In this document: in pieces, positions 50,330-62,386 of the stretch
Layout of the letters: each line of letters starts with the position of its first letter
Position numbering within the stretch: position 1 is the stretch's first letter
From: Balamuthia mandrillaris
Taxonomy: Eukaryota
Reading direction: 5' to 3'
Assembly: GCA_031835245.2 (NCBI GenBank)
Contig: JAVKOQ020000039.1
Span: 62,001-126,000, forward strand
Length of the DNA stretch: 64,000 nt
Notes under the pieces: model-generated
Databases searched by the model: none
Seen by the model: only the letters and a program-made list of their open reading frames with translations
Told to the model about the DNA's origin: nothing
Made by a program: the position numbers and the translations under genes

Positions 50330-52788
50330 TCAATTTGTGGAGACTTCATCAGAGAAGGAGATATCAGGGATCGGCGCTTCCTCCAACCATAACTCATGCA
50401 CAAAGTTGTAGAGCTGAGCGGTAACGCTGACCTTGTAGGGCGTTGGATTCAACAATCTCATGTGATCCGCTCGCATCTCCTTGATTTGCTCTTTGACAAA
50501 GTCTCGTATCTGTTCGACGGAAGGAAGATCCACTGTACATTTTCCATCCTTGATAACCGTGTGAAGTAATGGTACAACGCGTGTCGGAGTGACATATGCT
50601 CTATTGTTGTTGTTTTGAGTTAAAGCAATAATCAATAAAAACAGAAAAACATAAAGAGACCTTTTTTGCTCTTCGAATGGATGACGACAAAGCACCCTCT
50701 CGTTAGGAAGTGGGGGCGCTGAGCCAGCTCGCACCATAATGTCCACCAGAGGATGGCCCTGCGCGCCGTAAATGCGATGGACATCTTTTGCACCCGGCAG
50801 GGTCACTTTGGAGACCTCCTGAGAGAGCTTTATGCGCGGCGTTCCCCTTATCTCCACCAACTTGTAGACACAACCTAATGCTGGCTGAGACTCACATGTT
50901 ACCAAGTTTGTTCCTGTTTTTGTTAACAAAGAAAAATGAGTCCGGTAAAACGGAAGAAATTTAAACGCGAGCAAGAAAAAGAGTAGAGATAGAATGAGAA
51001 GAAAAAAAAAAGAAAGAAAGGAAAAATACCAATCCCAAAGGTATCAATATCATGCCCTTGCTGCTTCAAAGAGATCAACGTCTCCTCGTTGATATTATTG
51101 CTGGCCGCAATCACAAACTTGGTAAAGTAGTCCAGCCCGACCTTCTTTCCAACCGCGGTGAACAGCTTTCTGGTCTGTCGGGAGAGATACGCCAAATCGC
51201 CAGAATCCAGCCGCACGCCGATGGCTTTGTAGCCAAAGCGGTGAAGAGCCAAAGCCACCACCAAAAAGTTGGGCACTCCCGATTTGAGTGTGTCATATGT
51301 ATCTACCAGGCACATTGTTGTTTCCGGAAAAGCTCTATTGTTAAAGATTAGAAAGCAGGAATTAAGAAAGAGGAATAAGGAGAGGAGGAAATGGTTTCAA
51401 TAAGTACAAAGCGTAAGACGTAAACGCAGCAAGTTCACCACTGCTGGTATCATGAAAGCCCAATTCGTCTCTGCAGGCATAAACGACCTTTGCGAAGTCC
51501 TCTTTCTCTCCAGTGGTCTTGTTGAGCAGCAATCTTTGCTTCAGGTCACGTTGATCTACAAACGACGTTACAAAAGAATGGGCATGTGTTCCTCTTACAG
51601 GTATTCCGAATAATATACCTATTATGTGGTGTATGTGTGTGGTGTTTTTTTTTTTTTGGGTAACATTAAAACGAGCCAGAGAGATCGAAGGTAGGAAGAA
51701 ACAAAGAAACAGAACAAGGCAATGAGCAAGAGCAAGAACCAGTGAAAAAAAAAAAACGAACCAGCCAAAACATCTGAAGTGCCATCACAGCCTCCAATAT
51801 AGGCATACCTGGAAGCGGAGACCGCCCCATCTGGTCCTTGCGCCCTCCTGCACCCAAACTCCAGCAAGGTCTTGTCTGGTCCTGCTGCCAACCGATGGCG
51901 CGCCGCATTGGTGGCCACCAACGAGGGATAGTTCACCAGCGTCAACAGAGTGGTTTCCAGCATTTGACAAATGGCCAGGGGACCTTCCACTCGGATCATG
52001 GGGATACGAGGAAAGACCAGGGAGCCCTCTTTGAGGGCAACCACTCGCACCTTGGAGGAGTCCACTGTGGCGAGCCAGTCATAGAACTCGGGATCGCAGC
52101 CGGGCGGCATCACTTGTTTGAGCTGTTCGATTTGACTGGGCCTGAAAGAGAAGGAATTGACGTAGCGGATCTGTGGAGAAACAAGAGAGAACGACAAAGC
52201 AAAGAAGAAGAGAGCGACAGAAGTAAGAGAGAATAAGAAGAACAGCAAGAAGAACAAGAAGAACAAGAAGAAGACGAAGAACGAAGAACGAAGAACGAAG
52301 AACGAAGAAGTAGAGCAAGAAGAACAAGAAGAACAAGAAGAAGACGAAGAACGAAGAACAAGAAGTTAATAAACAAGCAAACATACAAAAACAGATAAAA
52401 CAAAACAACAAACCACTTCCTCCAGTCCAGCAAAGATGGTAAACTCCCCTCCAAAGGGGTTCTTCCGGAAGAAGAGGTCAAAGACGGAGGGGTCCTCATG
52501 GCTGCCGTTCTTCCAGTAGGCATAGGCCATCGTTACTTGGTAGAGGTCGGTGAGGAGGGGCGTCACAAAGGCGTTGATGGGGCGTAGCGGGGAGTCCCTG
52601 TTCTCGTGGGCTCTCGGGATGTACTCCACGGTGCTGCAACGCCTCAGCTCGTAGCCTTGATAAGAGGGTCTGGCAGGAGACACATGTGTCGAAGTGGAAG
52701 AAGAAGAGGAAGTGGAGGGTGAGGACGATGAGCCTGTCTCATCGATAGGGAAAAGAGTAGAAGGATTTTCTTTTACTTTGTCCGTCAT
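50330..52788 (-). CDS. NAPRT: Nicotinate phosphoribosyltransferase
   Basis: [81 protein letters not shown]. Confidence 0.97.
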
Positions 52789-53193
52789 TTGTGGGGAGAA
52801 GATTATTTATTTTTTCTTTGTTGATGTTATGTGTGCAGGTGGTAAAGGAAGAAACGACGTCTTTCTACCAAAAGAAAAAGAACAAGAAAAAAAAAGAGAA
52901 AGGGAGAATCGATGGATGGGCTGGCAAGCAAGGAAGAAAGAAAGCGTCAATTTTTTCTCTCTTTGTCACTCTTTCTTCCTTGCTAAGAATAAATTCCATG
53001 CATTGCCGACATTTCTTGCATACTGTAACATTCTTTTCATTCCTTTCCGAAATGCTTTCGTGCCGTTTTCAAATTCCAATCATTTCCGACATTCCTTTCA
53101 TTCCAGATGTTAGCAAATGGTGCAGCAATTGTGGTCTTTTGGTGGTCAAAAACAAAACAACAAACGAAAGAGAAAAAGTGAGCAAAGCAGAAG

Positions 53194-53880
53194 ATGGGAA
53201 AGAAGAAGCTTCTCAAACCGGATAACGTAGCGGCCGCTGCGCCCACCAAGATCAGGAACTACGATCAAAATTCCATCAAGCAATTGTTGGATGATGTGAT
53301 CATGAAAGTGCGTTGATTTGTTTGTTTTTTTTTTTTTTTTGAAAAATAATCAAAACTGAAAAATTTGGTTTTTTATTTCTCCTCAATTCATTCATTTCTT
53401 TTTTTTTTTTTCAACTTCACTTGCAGATCGTGTTTGAAGAGCAAGATTATGAGGAGGACTTGACTCTCAGCAACCTCAAAATAGCGCTGGGCTTTATCAG
53501 CTGCCTCGTTGCCGTTTGGTCCCACTTCAACCCCTACCCGTTCCCTGATAACGTTGGCATTATCAAGGCCTGTGTGGCTACGTTCGTCTCTCTTATCCTT
53601 TGCTTTCGTTTCTGTCTCTCCACTTTCTCAGTTCTTCTTCCTCCTGAGCTCTGTTTTCTCTGTTCTCTCGTGCTCTCATCTCTTGTTCTCTCCTACTACT
53701 ATCTCTGTTCGCTGTTCTCTTGTGCCAGTAAGCTTTGTTCTATTCTCCTCTTCTCTCGTTCTCTGTTGATTGCAGCAATAACAATTGTTGCTGAGGTGAT
53801 GAATCACTGTCACTGAAGATAACGTGTTGATCAAACTCAGTGAATTCCTCGTTTCTGATTTTCTTTCGTTCTCTAGTTCT

Positions 53881-53917
<37 letters not shown>

Positions 53918-54403
53918 ACTGTCATTTTCTTCCCTAGCATTATCGATGCTCATCACTCTCTGAAAACCTCCCCGTTATAACAGATACCTCATATGTGCAT
54001 TGGCACTGCAATACATCGCCTTCTTCAAAGAAGGAAATCTCATCATTGTCACAAAACCTAACCGAGCCAAGAATGGTCGTGTTAAGGTATTTCTCTCTCT
54101 CTCACTCGTTTCGTGCTTTTTTTCTCAATTTCCTTGCATAACTTCCTTTCTTCATTGTCTTTCGTTGCTTCCTTTGTTGAAAAACAACGAACACCATAGA
54201 TCAAAGGGTTAGAAGTGGCCACCGAGTTTCCGCGTTATCAAGACAAGTTCATAGTAAAAATAGGAGTACGGGGAGCCAACGAAGAGACTCACGAGTTGGA
54301 GGAGTCGGTGGGCAAGTGGTTCACCGTCGACGGCACTTTTGTGGAGGAAGCCTTTGCTGCTGATATCCGAAAGCTTCTCGCCAAGGCTGAACGCTCTGAC
54401 TAA
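53194..54403 (+). CDS. SPCS2: Signal peptidase complex subunit 2 (SPC25)
   Basis: YDQNSIKQLLDD; LSNLKIALGFISC; YPFP; two TM helices; SVGKWFTVDGTF. Confidence 0.85.
53796..53858 (+). ncRNA. Intronic box C/D snoRNA, copy 2 (SPCS2 intron 53582-53983); predicted SSU rRNA guide, snR57-like
   Basis: C box GTGATGA 53796-53802, D' CTGA 53813-53816, guide GAATTCCTCGTTT 53842-53854, D box CTGA 53855-53858. Identical to the reverse complement of 9353-9415. Confidence 0.88.
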
Positions 54404-54807
54404 TTCAAACACAAACCTGTTTTTTTCTTTCTTATGCTTTGTTCTTTCTCTTTGCACTACTTCTCTCACTTGAATGTGGCACTCAAATTTCTAAGGACGA
54501 CATGAAAAATGGTTTACCGTTGCTTAGCAACTGCGTGGTGACCTCCAATAATTGATGGAACCAATAAGAATTCAAAAAATAGAACTATCAAACCAAAAAT
54601 CAAACGTAATTTAATTAATACCTTTTATGTTCTGCCACGTCAGGTTGTCATCATTTATAGTAATTTTTAAAGTAATCACATGACGCATTTTTACCTTTTA
54701 AAGAACAATATGTTCTTAAGGAAATATCACAGGAAATTTGTTTAAGGCGTTCCCTAAAGGTGGTCACCTTTTTAATTCTCGGTCCAAAAGAAACGACAGG
54801 GAAGAGA

Positions 54808-57176
54808 ATGAGAGGGGCAGTGGGAGCTTGCTCTTCCTCTGGGGTTGTTGCCAAAAGATGCACGTTTGGTAGTTTCTCTTCTTCTATTCGTTGTCACCCT
54901 TTTGCTACGCTTCAGCATCGTGTTTCATTGTTGCAGTGCTACTCCACCTCTTCCGCCGGTACTCCTCTCTTCGGGTTTCTGCTCTTGCTATTCTTTGCTC
55001 ATCTTTTGTTTTATGTTGGAAGAGGGAGATGGGAGAGCCAAAGAAAAAGTGGTTGTGGTGGGAGGCGGCGTGATGGGAGTGACGAGCGCGTACTACTTGG
55101 CCAAAACCGGTGCCTATGATGTCACTCTTGTGGACCGCTCGCCTTCGCTTAGCTATTCTGCGAGTTATGGTAGCGTTTCTTGTCTTCTGCTTCTGCTTCT
55201 GCTTCTGCTTCTGCTTCTGCTTCTGCTTCTGCTTCTGCTTCTGCTTCTCCTTCTGCTTCTGCTTCTGCTTCTGCTTCTGCCTGCTTCTGCTTCTCCTTCT
55301 GCTTCTGCTTCTCTTCTGCTTCTGCTTCTGCTTCTGCTTCTGCTTCTCCTTCTGCTTCTCCTTCTGCTCCTCCTTCTCCTTCTCCTTCTCCTTCTCCTTC
55401 TCCTTCTCCTTCTCCTTCTCCTTCTCCTTCTCCTTCTCCTTCTCCTTCTCCTTCTCCTTCTCCTTCTCCTTCTCCTTCTCCTTCTCTTCTTTTCTTCGTT
55501 TTCGTCTTGCTTTTTTGTTCTTCACTTCTTCTTCTCTTATAACTCTCCTTTTATTTATTTTTGCAGCAAACGGAGGACAAAACTGTCCAAGTAATTGGAT
55601 GCCATGGTTCAGCAGCAAAACCATTCCGCAGGTATTCTCTGAGTCATGGACACGTCTCAAGTTCCGCATGGGAACTTTGGACGCCATGAAAGAGCCACAC
55701 CCTTTCCTTTTGGTCAATCCCATCGCCATGTTGATGGATCCCAATACGTGGCGTTTTGGTCTTCGGCTTTTGTGGCTGTGCAACGACAAGGAGGCCTATC
55801 GAATCGGTCTTGAAATCGCCAGTCTCTCTTATTACTCACACCAGTGCCTGAAGGATTTGCGGTAGGCATTTTTGTTCTCATCTCTAGAGGAGGAAGCTGA
55901 AAGAACGGAAAGAGGAGCAAGAAGAACAAAGAATGAAGATAAAAAAGAAGAGGAGGCGGATGTACAATAACTTCAGGAGGTCAAGGAAGAAATACAAGAA
56001 GCAGGACAGACAAACGGATAAGTATCTCACCGGTAACATTTTAGGATAGAGGAATCTTTGGACTACGAACGAGGGGCAACCAACGGCCTCATCCATCTGC
56101 ACCGCTCCCAAGCCTCTCTCACCAGCTCAGCCAACCTCGCCAAACGCATGAATAAGGACACTGGCGCTCCCTTCAAAGTCCTCTCTCGGAAGCAAATCGA
56201 GGAGATAGAACCTACTCTCGCTCACACCAAACTGCCCCTGGAGGGCGGCATCTACTGGACAGACGCAGAGAGTGGCAACTGCTTTGACTTTGTCCACAAG
56301 CTGGCCAAACGGTGCGAAGCGAAATACGGCGTCAAGTTCTTGCTCAACCATCAAGCCGTGGATTGTGCCAAACAACAAGACAATCGCATATCCGGTCTTT
56401 GGGTTCAAAAGCTCTCTTCTCATTCTACTGCCTCTTCATCCCCCTCAGAGAAACCTTATTGCATTGCAGCGGACAAAGTTGTTCTCTGCGGAGGCAATCA
56501 CACAGCCGAACTGTTGAAAAAATTCAGTGGCGGAGCGGTGAGACTTCCCATGTGCCCTATCGGTGGGGTGAGCTACAGCCTGTCTTATCACGAGGAGCCG
56601 CGCAGACGCGAGATGGGCGTCCCAGCCATGAATGTGGCCGACGTCGGGGCCAAGGTCTATTACGCCACGTTGGACAAACAATGGCGGGTGGCCGGCATTG
56701 CGGAGTTGGGTGGCAGCAGGACGGAGCATGGGCTGGATGTCCAGGCGAAGGCCTCGGAGGGGGCTCGCATATTGAGGCAGCACATCGGCGATTGGTTCCC
56801 GCATATCAAGCAGGAGGTCATGGACTCGGGCACTTGGCATCGGGCATCGCGGCCTGTTACCCCGTTCGTTTCCTTCTGTTATTCTCTTTTTTGTTCTTCC
56901 TTCCTTCTTTCTTGTCGTTTCCTCCTTTCTTCCTTTCTTCTTACTTCTCCAACTTCTATTTGAAATATCAGCGATGCGGTGCCGGTAATAAGCGCAACGC
57001 CTCAAAAAGGCCTCTTCGTGAACACGGGGCAAGGGCACATGGGATGGACGCTCTCCTGCGGCTCCGCCAGGCTGCTGGCCGACATCGTGCGAGCGCACGG
57101 CGCCGATGGAGAGCTCTTGCCGCAGGGCGTTCGCTCCGCCGTGGACTGCGCGCCCTTCTCCGTCCGCAGGTTTTAA
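54808..57176 (+). CDS. dadA: D-amino acid dehydrogenase (DadA)-like FAD oxidoreductase with putative mitochondrial presequence
   Basis: [77 protein letters not shown]. Confidence 0.8.
55183..55487. repeat. Intronic compound hexanucleotide microsatellite (CTTCTG)n followed by (CTTCTC)n
   Basis: Directly visible inside the DadA-like intron beginning at ~55170. Confidence 0.95.
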
Positions 57177-57359
57177 GGAAGGGAAAGCTGATGTCACCGA
57201 TCAAGATCGATCGGAGTGATGACGTCACAATTTTACGTCGACACAAATTGCTGCCGACATGACGCTTTAACAAAGACCTTCCAAATTAGGTTCGAAGCAC
57301 AGACGTCGGTTCGCCAAAGAAGGGAAGGGAGGGGCAACTTTGGAGGAGGGGAAGAAAGG

Positions 57360-59361
57360 ATGCATGGTGGAGGGATCGGATTGCGGTCAAGTTTTTGGGT
57401 GGTTGCAGCTGTGTTGGTGATGGTGGTGATGGTGAAGAGTTGGGACGTATCAACACAGAAGCATGGGCTATTGGCATCGGGAAAGAGCTCCAAAGTTTTT
57501 GTTCCTCCGCCGAAGCATATTTTGAAAAGGAGAGAAATGGAGAACCTTTACGGCAACAAGCGTCTAGGCCACGGTTCCGTCATTGTTCGCGTTCCTCCTC
57601 GGACCATGCCTGCTATGGCCAAAGCTATCGCATACGCGGTACGATTTATCTCTCTTTCCCTGTGAACCCCGCCTTTTCCATGCTATCAAACAAAGCACTA
57701 ACCCAAATGAAAAGGCTGAGCTCGTATCGGCGTATTTCATCCTCGAACGAAACGTCATCGCGGACCTCGTTTACCTCTCCGACGTGGATGACGACCTCTC
57801 CATCTCCTTCTGCTCCACCACCTCCTTCCTTGAAGCCTACGAGTCCGAGGATGGCTTCGACATTCTTGTTCCCTCTGCCTTAGCCAAACAAATACTCTCC
57901 GACAACGAAGACACCTTGAACGACCTTCACAACGACAATGATCATCATCAACAAAACAACGCAGTGGACATGACAATAGGCTTAAACTTGGACTTGCCTT
58001 ATTACTTGGGAATGGATGGAAAGACTCCAATGGATCAGTTGGACCTGGTGACCATCTTAATGCATGAGCTGGTGCATGGCATGATGATGGAGGGAGGCAT
58101 TGAGGGACCAGTAAACTCGTACTCGCAGGAGGCCTCCTATGCATTTGCTCATCCGCTGATCACGTTATTCGATTATACCCTTATGGACCGTTATAGGAAG
58201 CCCCTCCTTGAGACGCGGCCAAAGAGTGTGCGTTTCTTTTTATCAATGCTCGTTTATTTCCTTACTGACCTGCTTATCGCTATAAGCCTTATGGGCTGTA
58301 TAACGCCATAATGAATGGTCCACTGTTTTGGAGCTCTGACAGGAATGATGCATTCCCCGAAGCCGTCTTGTACTTTCTGCTTCCACCCCACTATCTTCTT
58401 TTCTGCATTATGCTAACGCGACAAATAATGGTGTGATAAAAAAAACCTGCAATACAACCCTACAGGTACAATCCACCAGTGTATGAGCGAGGAGCATCCA
58501 TCTATCACTTAAATGAAGAGACCTACCCAGCGGGCAACGAGAACTCCCTTATGACTCCCTTCCTCCATTTTGGTGAGGCCATTCACAGCCTGGGTCCCTT
58601 GGTGGAGCAAATGGCCAACTCCATGGGCTACACGCTGACCCAGAGCTCGGTATTGGACCTGTATCCGACGCAGATGACCACGTCCATTGGAAGACGCAGG
58701 GGAAGGCTGAATTCTTTGCGGCGAGAGGACCAAAGCGGAGGGGAGGATGATCCGGCCAACTATGTGGAGTTCTTTCCAGATGAGGCATCTGCTCCCTCTG
58801 CTCTGTTGTTGATTCAACAACATCAGACGAGGATGATGGAGGAAGAACGGAAAGGAGGGAAGAGGGTGAGGGGCAATTACGAGAACGAAGTGAAGGGACA
58901 TCAAACGTGGATACATTTTGCTTTACCGGGTTATTTGATGGATGGATCTGCTCATGTTACGGACATGGCTTTGTTGATGAACTTTCGAGGTAGCGTTATC
59001 CTTTGACTCTTCTTTCATCCGCTTTGTTCCTCATTTATTTCTACGTTTCATCTATCTTTTCGTGTCTCAAAATGAAGGCCATCATAAGAACATGCAACAG
59101 TGGTACTTTGCCGTGCGGGACTTTGCGCACAAGGAGTGGCATGTGCTCGGCACGAACCTGCACAACCGCAAAGCAACCTCCGCCGTTTGGCATCCGCTTT
59201 ACTTTGGGGAAGTGTTGAGCATGCTCCATTCGGATGACACGTTTGCAAACCTGGTCTCTCCGAACGGAACCCTTCGTTTCAGCATGTACAGTCCTTTGGG
59301 CGAGGTGAACGAGCCGTGCGCTATTGATAGCTTAAAGTTGGAACTGCAAGTGCTCTTTTAA
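57360..59361 (+). CDS. Secreted or membrane-anchored HExxH zinc metallopeptidase-like protein with a C-terminal beta-rich domain
   Basis: N-terminal hydrophobic helix; DLVTILMHELVHG; GASIYHLNEETYPAGNENSLMTP..GEAIH.LGP. Confidence 0.7.
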
Positions 59362-59375
59362 AAGAATCACTATTT

Positions 59376-60536
59376 TTAGTTTGTTTGTGTTGATGCAGTT
59401 GTTCTTCTGGTGAAGATAGGAACAGAACATATGTCACGAAAACCGAGCTTGGAGTAAACGGAGCGACTTCCCTCGGATGCTGCTAACAAGACGAAACAGG
59501 GAGGCTCGGCCTTTGAAGTTTTGTTCTCACTTCTTCTCGCTATCAACGTTTGCATCAAACGAGAGGCATAGCCACGCCCTCTTGCCTCTGGCAGTGTTGC
59601 TATCGAAGATATTCCAAAGCAAGCTTGCTGTTATAATTGTTTGTAAGAAAATGAAGACAGAAGGAAGAAGGCATAAGCAGAGCAAAAAAAAGAACGAAGT
59701 ACTTGAGGAAGACTGGCACAAGACCCAACAGAGACAGGCTTGTCGTCAAGGTAGCCTATAAGAGCATCATATGAAGTAGGCGAAGAAGAAGGAGACGAAC
59801 TAGAAAGAGAAGCAAAGCGAGTCCACATTATCTGATGAGCCGCTGCCCAGTGCTCAACTTCTTCTGCAGAAGAAAAGCCAAACCCAAGTGCCAATAGGCG
59901 ACCAAACAACTTTGCTTCTTCTGCATTCGAAACTGGTTTCACCTCAAATCCACCAGAGCTACTGTTGTGGTGCCTGTGGCTTGCTTCTTCTTCCCTTTGC
60001 TGATGGTGCTGATTCAAGTCTAAGACCATTGCAGTGTTGTATTCAACCGGATGTTGGAAGAAACGTTGGCTTGCTTTCTCCAAGAACACCGTTTCAAACT
60101 TCTCTCTTCCTTTGAAAAGAGAAAAGGGGTGTTGCAGTAAACCATTTGTTAAAAACAAAAGAAAACGAAAACGGAAAGAAGGAGAAAGAAATGACAACAC
60201 AATAGAGATAACATCAATAAGATAATTACCGGGAGCAGAAGAAGGAAAGAGCCACCAAGACCAACCACAGTTACTTCCATAAAACCTGTCCAACCCCTCC
60301 AAAAGCTCCTCTATTTCCTCTTTCGTCTTGTGCCTCTCGTAAACCTCTTTTGTCGGCCTCAGCACAGCATTCGTGAACGTTAATATCCGCTCCTCCTCGT
60401 TTGCTTTGAGCAAGGTGAACCATTCTGAAGGAAACGGAAGTTCGCCGTTCTCTTGTGTAGGTTCGCTCCCATGCCAACTCACCACTCCGCGCACGTACTC
60501 CTCCTCAATCAGCCCCAACAGTCGTTCTTCTTCCAT
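59376..60536 (-). CDS. GNAT family N-acetyltransferase (two introns)
   Basis: Last exon, spliced at ~59628, reads ISSIATLPEARGRGYASRLM (motif A) and LAASEGSRSVYSKLGF (motif B). Confidence 0.85.
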
Positions 60537-60768
60537 TGTGTTCCTGCACGATTCTTCAAACTGAAAATTTTACAACAATTATCGATAATGGATAAGATCA
60601 TGATCTGATCTGATCCAATTGAAAATCAAAGAACGTCGATAATTCGCCGAATATTTAAATTAATTGATAATTGTTAAAATGGAAATCGATTTATAATTAC
60701 AAAACTATTAATATTTCAATCACACTACAAGCTTGCAGAACATAACACGTTACAGGCACGCGATAACC

Positions 60769-62189
60769 ATTGGCTCACCCTCTCGCTGTAGTCTCTTTTG
60801 CTCTGATGTTCGTGGGCCTGGCTTTGGGCCATGGCTACCTGGCCTCTCCTACCACCAGGGACATCCTGCAAGGCCGACAGCAACACGAAATGTGGGCTCC
60901 TGTCGGTCATGTGGACAAAGGTTGCCAGGGTTGCACCGTCTCCCAAGGAGCTACTTACCCTGTGCGTTTGTTGTTTTGTTTTTATTTTATTTTATTTTTA
61001 TTTTTGTTATTATTGTAACTTTTTGTTCAAACAAATAGAGTTACACGTGCGGCGGGCTGGAGTATGATGGTTCTTCTGAGCTTTTGGCCCTTACCGCTAG
61101 ACAAAGCTTGGACCCTGGTACCTAAATGCGCCTCACCCGCTAGGTCTTTTGCTGCTGCAACGTTCTCTTCGCTAATTCTTCTTCCTTCCTTCTTGTTCTT
61201 CTTCTTGTTCTTCGTCTTCTTCTTCTTGTTCTTCTTGTTCTCCTTGTTCTTCTTCTTCTTCTTCTTCTTCTTCTTCTTCTTCTTCTTCTTCTTCTTCTTC
61301 TTCTTGTTCTCCTCTCCTGTTTGTTTTTTTCCCTTATTTATTTACAAAAACACAAATAACAAAAACAGGGAGAATGCTTGATCTACCTCAGCACCGGCCC
61401 TACTGACGACCCAGCTACTCGTTGGTACCTTATCGACGTCATTTGGAACTGTGCGCTCTCTCTCTTTCTCTCTCTTTCTCTCTTTCTTTCACTCTCGTGT
61501 CCTGTTTTCTTTTAAAAAAATATGCTGCGCATCTATTTTATTTTATCGTTATCCATGGTTGTGTTTAAGTTACTTTTTAACAAGAATGAATCAACAGATG
61601 GCAGCGGCATCGTATCAGGCAATACGGTGGAGGGCTCCGTCAAGATCCCCGAGTTTGCTTTGGAATGTGAGCACTGTGCGCTGCGCTGGGAGTGGTACGC
61701 CATCCAGCAAGTCAGCGCCATTGAATATTATGGTATGCACTATCCTTTTTTTCTTATGTCTTTGTTAAACTTATTTTGTTTATCGGAAACTTACTGTTTG
61801 TTATCTCTCATTGTTTATTTGCTTTTCTTTCATCCTCTTATTTTTTTTCTCTCATCCAGTGCAATGTGTGGATGTATCCATCTCGAGCAACAACGACGAC
61901 CAAACGCCCGCTCCCACTATTGAGATTCCAGGCTACCAATCCCCTGATGCCTCCCTCTATCGCAACGAGTACGCTCCCGTCGGACAGCTACACCGGCCCA
62001 GCAATAGCTTCCGTAAGCGGCTACTCCTACACTTCTGTGAACTGGGACGGAAAACCTCCTATGGGGGACGGCAACACGGAGGACGGTGCCACTGATGGAG
62101 ATGGAACCACGGATGGAAATGGAGACGGAGAGGAAGATGGTGGCTCTGCCTCTCAAGTTGCTTCTCTTGTGCTACAGGCACTCTTTTAA
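60769..62189 (+). pseudogene. Lytic polysaccharide monooxygenase-like gene, disrupted as assembled
   Basis: 20-aa signal peptide then His1 (HGYLASP..R); WYLNAPHP/GEC; CEHCALRWEWYA..EYYVQCVDVSI; YRNEY..TGP. Lesions: ATG appears as ATTG, frameshifts at ~61114 and ~61978, expected donor reads CT at 61140. Confidence 0.65.
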
Positions 62190-62386
62190 CTGGTTGAGGC
62201 TATCTCCGAAACGTACGCCCTCCGTTAAACTACAGGCATGTTTTCTTATGTTTCATATCTTTTGCATTATATGTTCAATTTGGGAGTAAAATTGGGAAGT
62301 TTCCGTCTCATTATTATCGTGTCGTCATGACATAAATTAATTCACAGAATACAAAAGAAAAGAAAAGAAAGAGAAAGCAAAGAGAG

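Noticed and set aside
54845..55865. Poly-Leu, poly-Phe/Cys, poly-Ser/Ala and poly-Lys/Glu ORFs here and elsewhere (e.g. 3619-4293, 62636-63167)
   Set aside because: Translations of intronic microsatellites.
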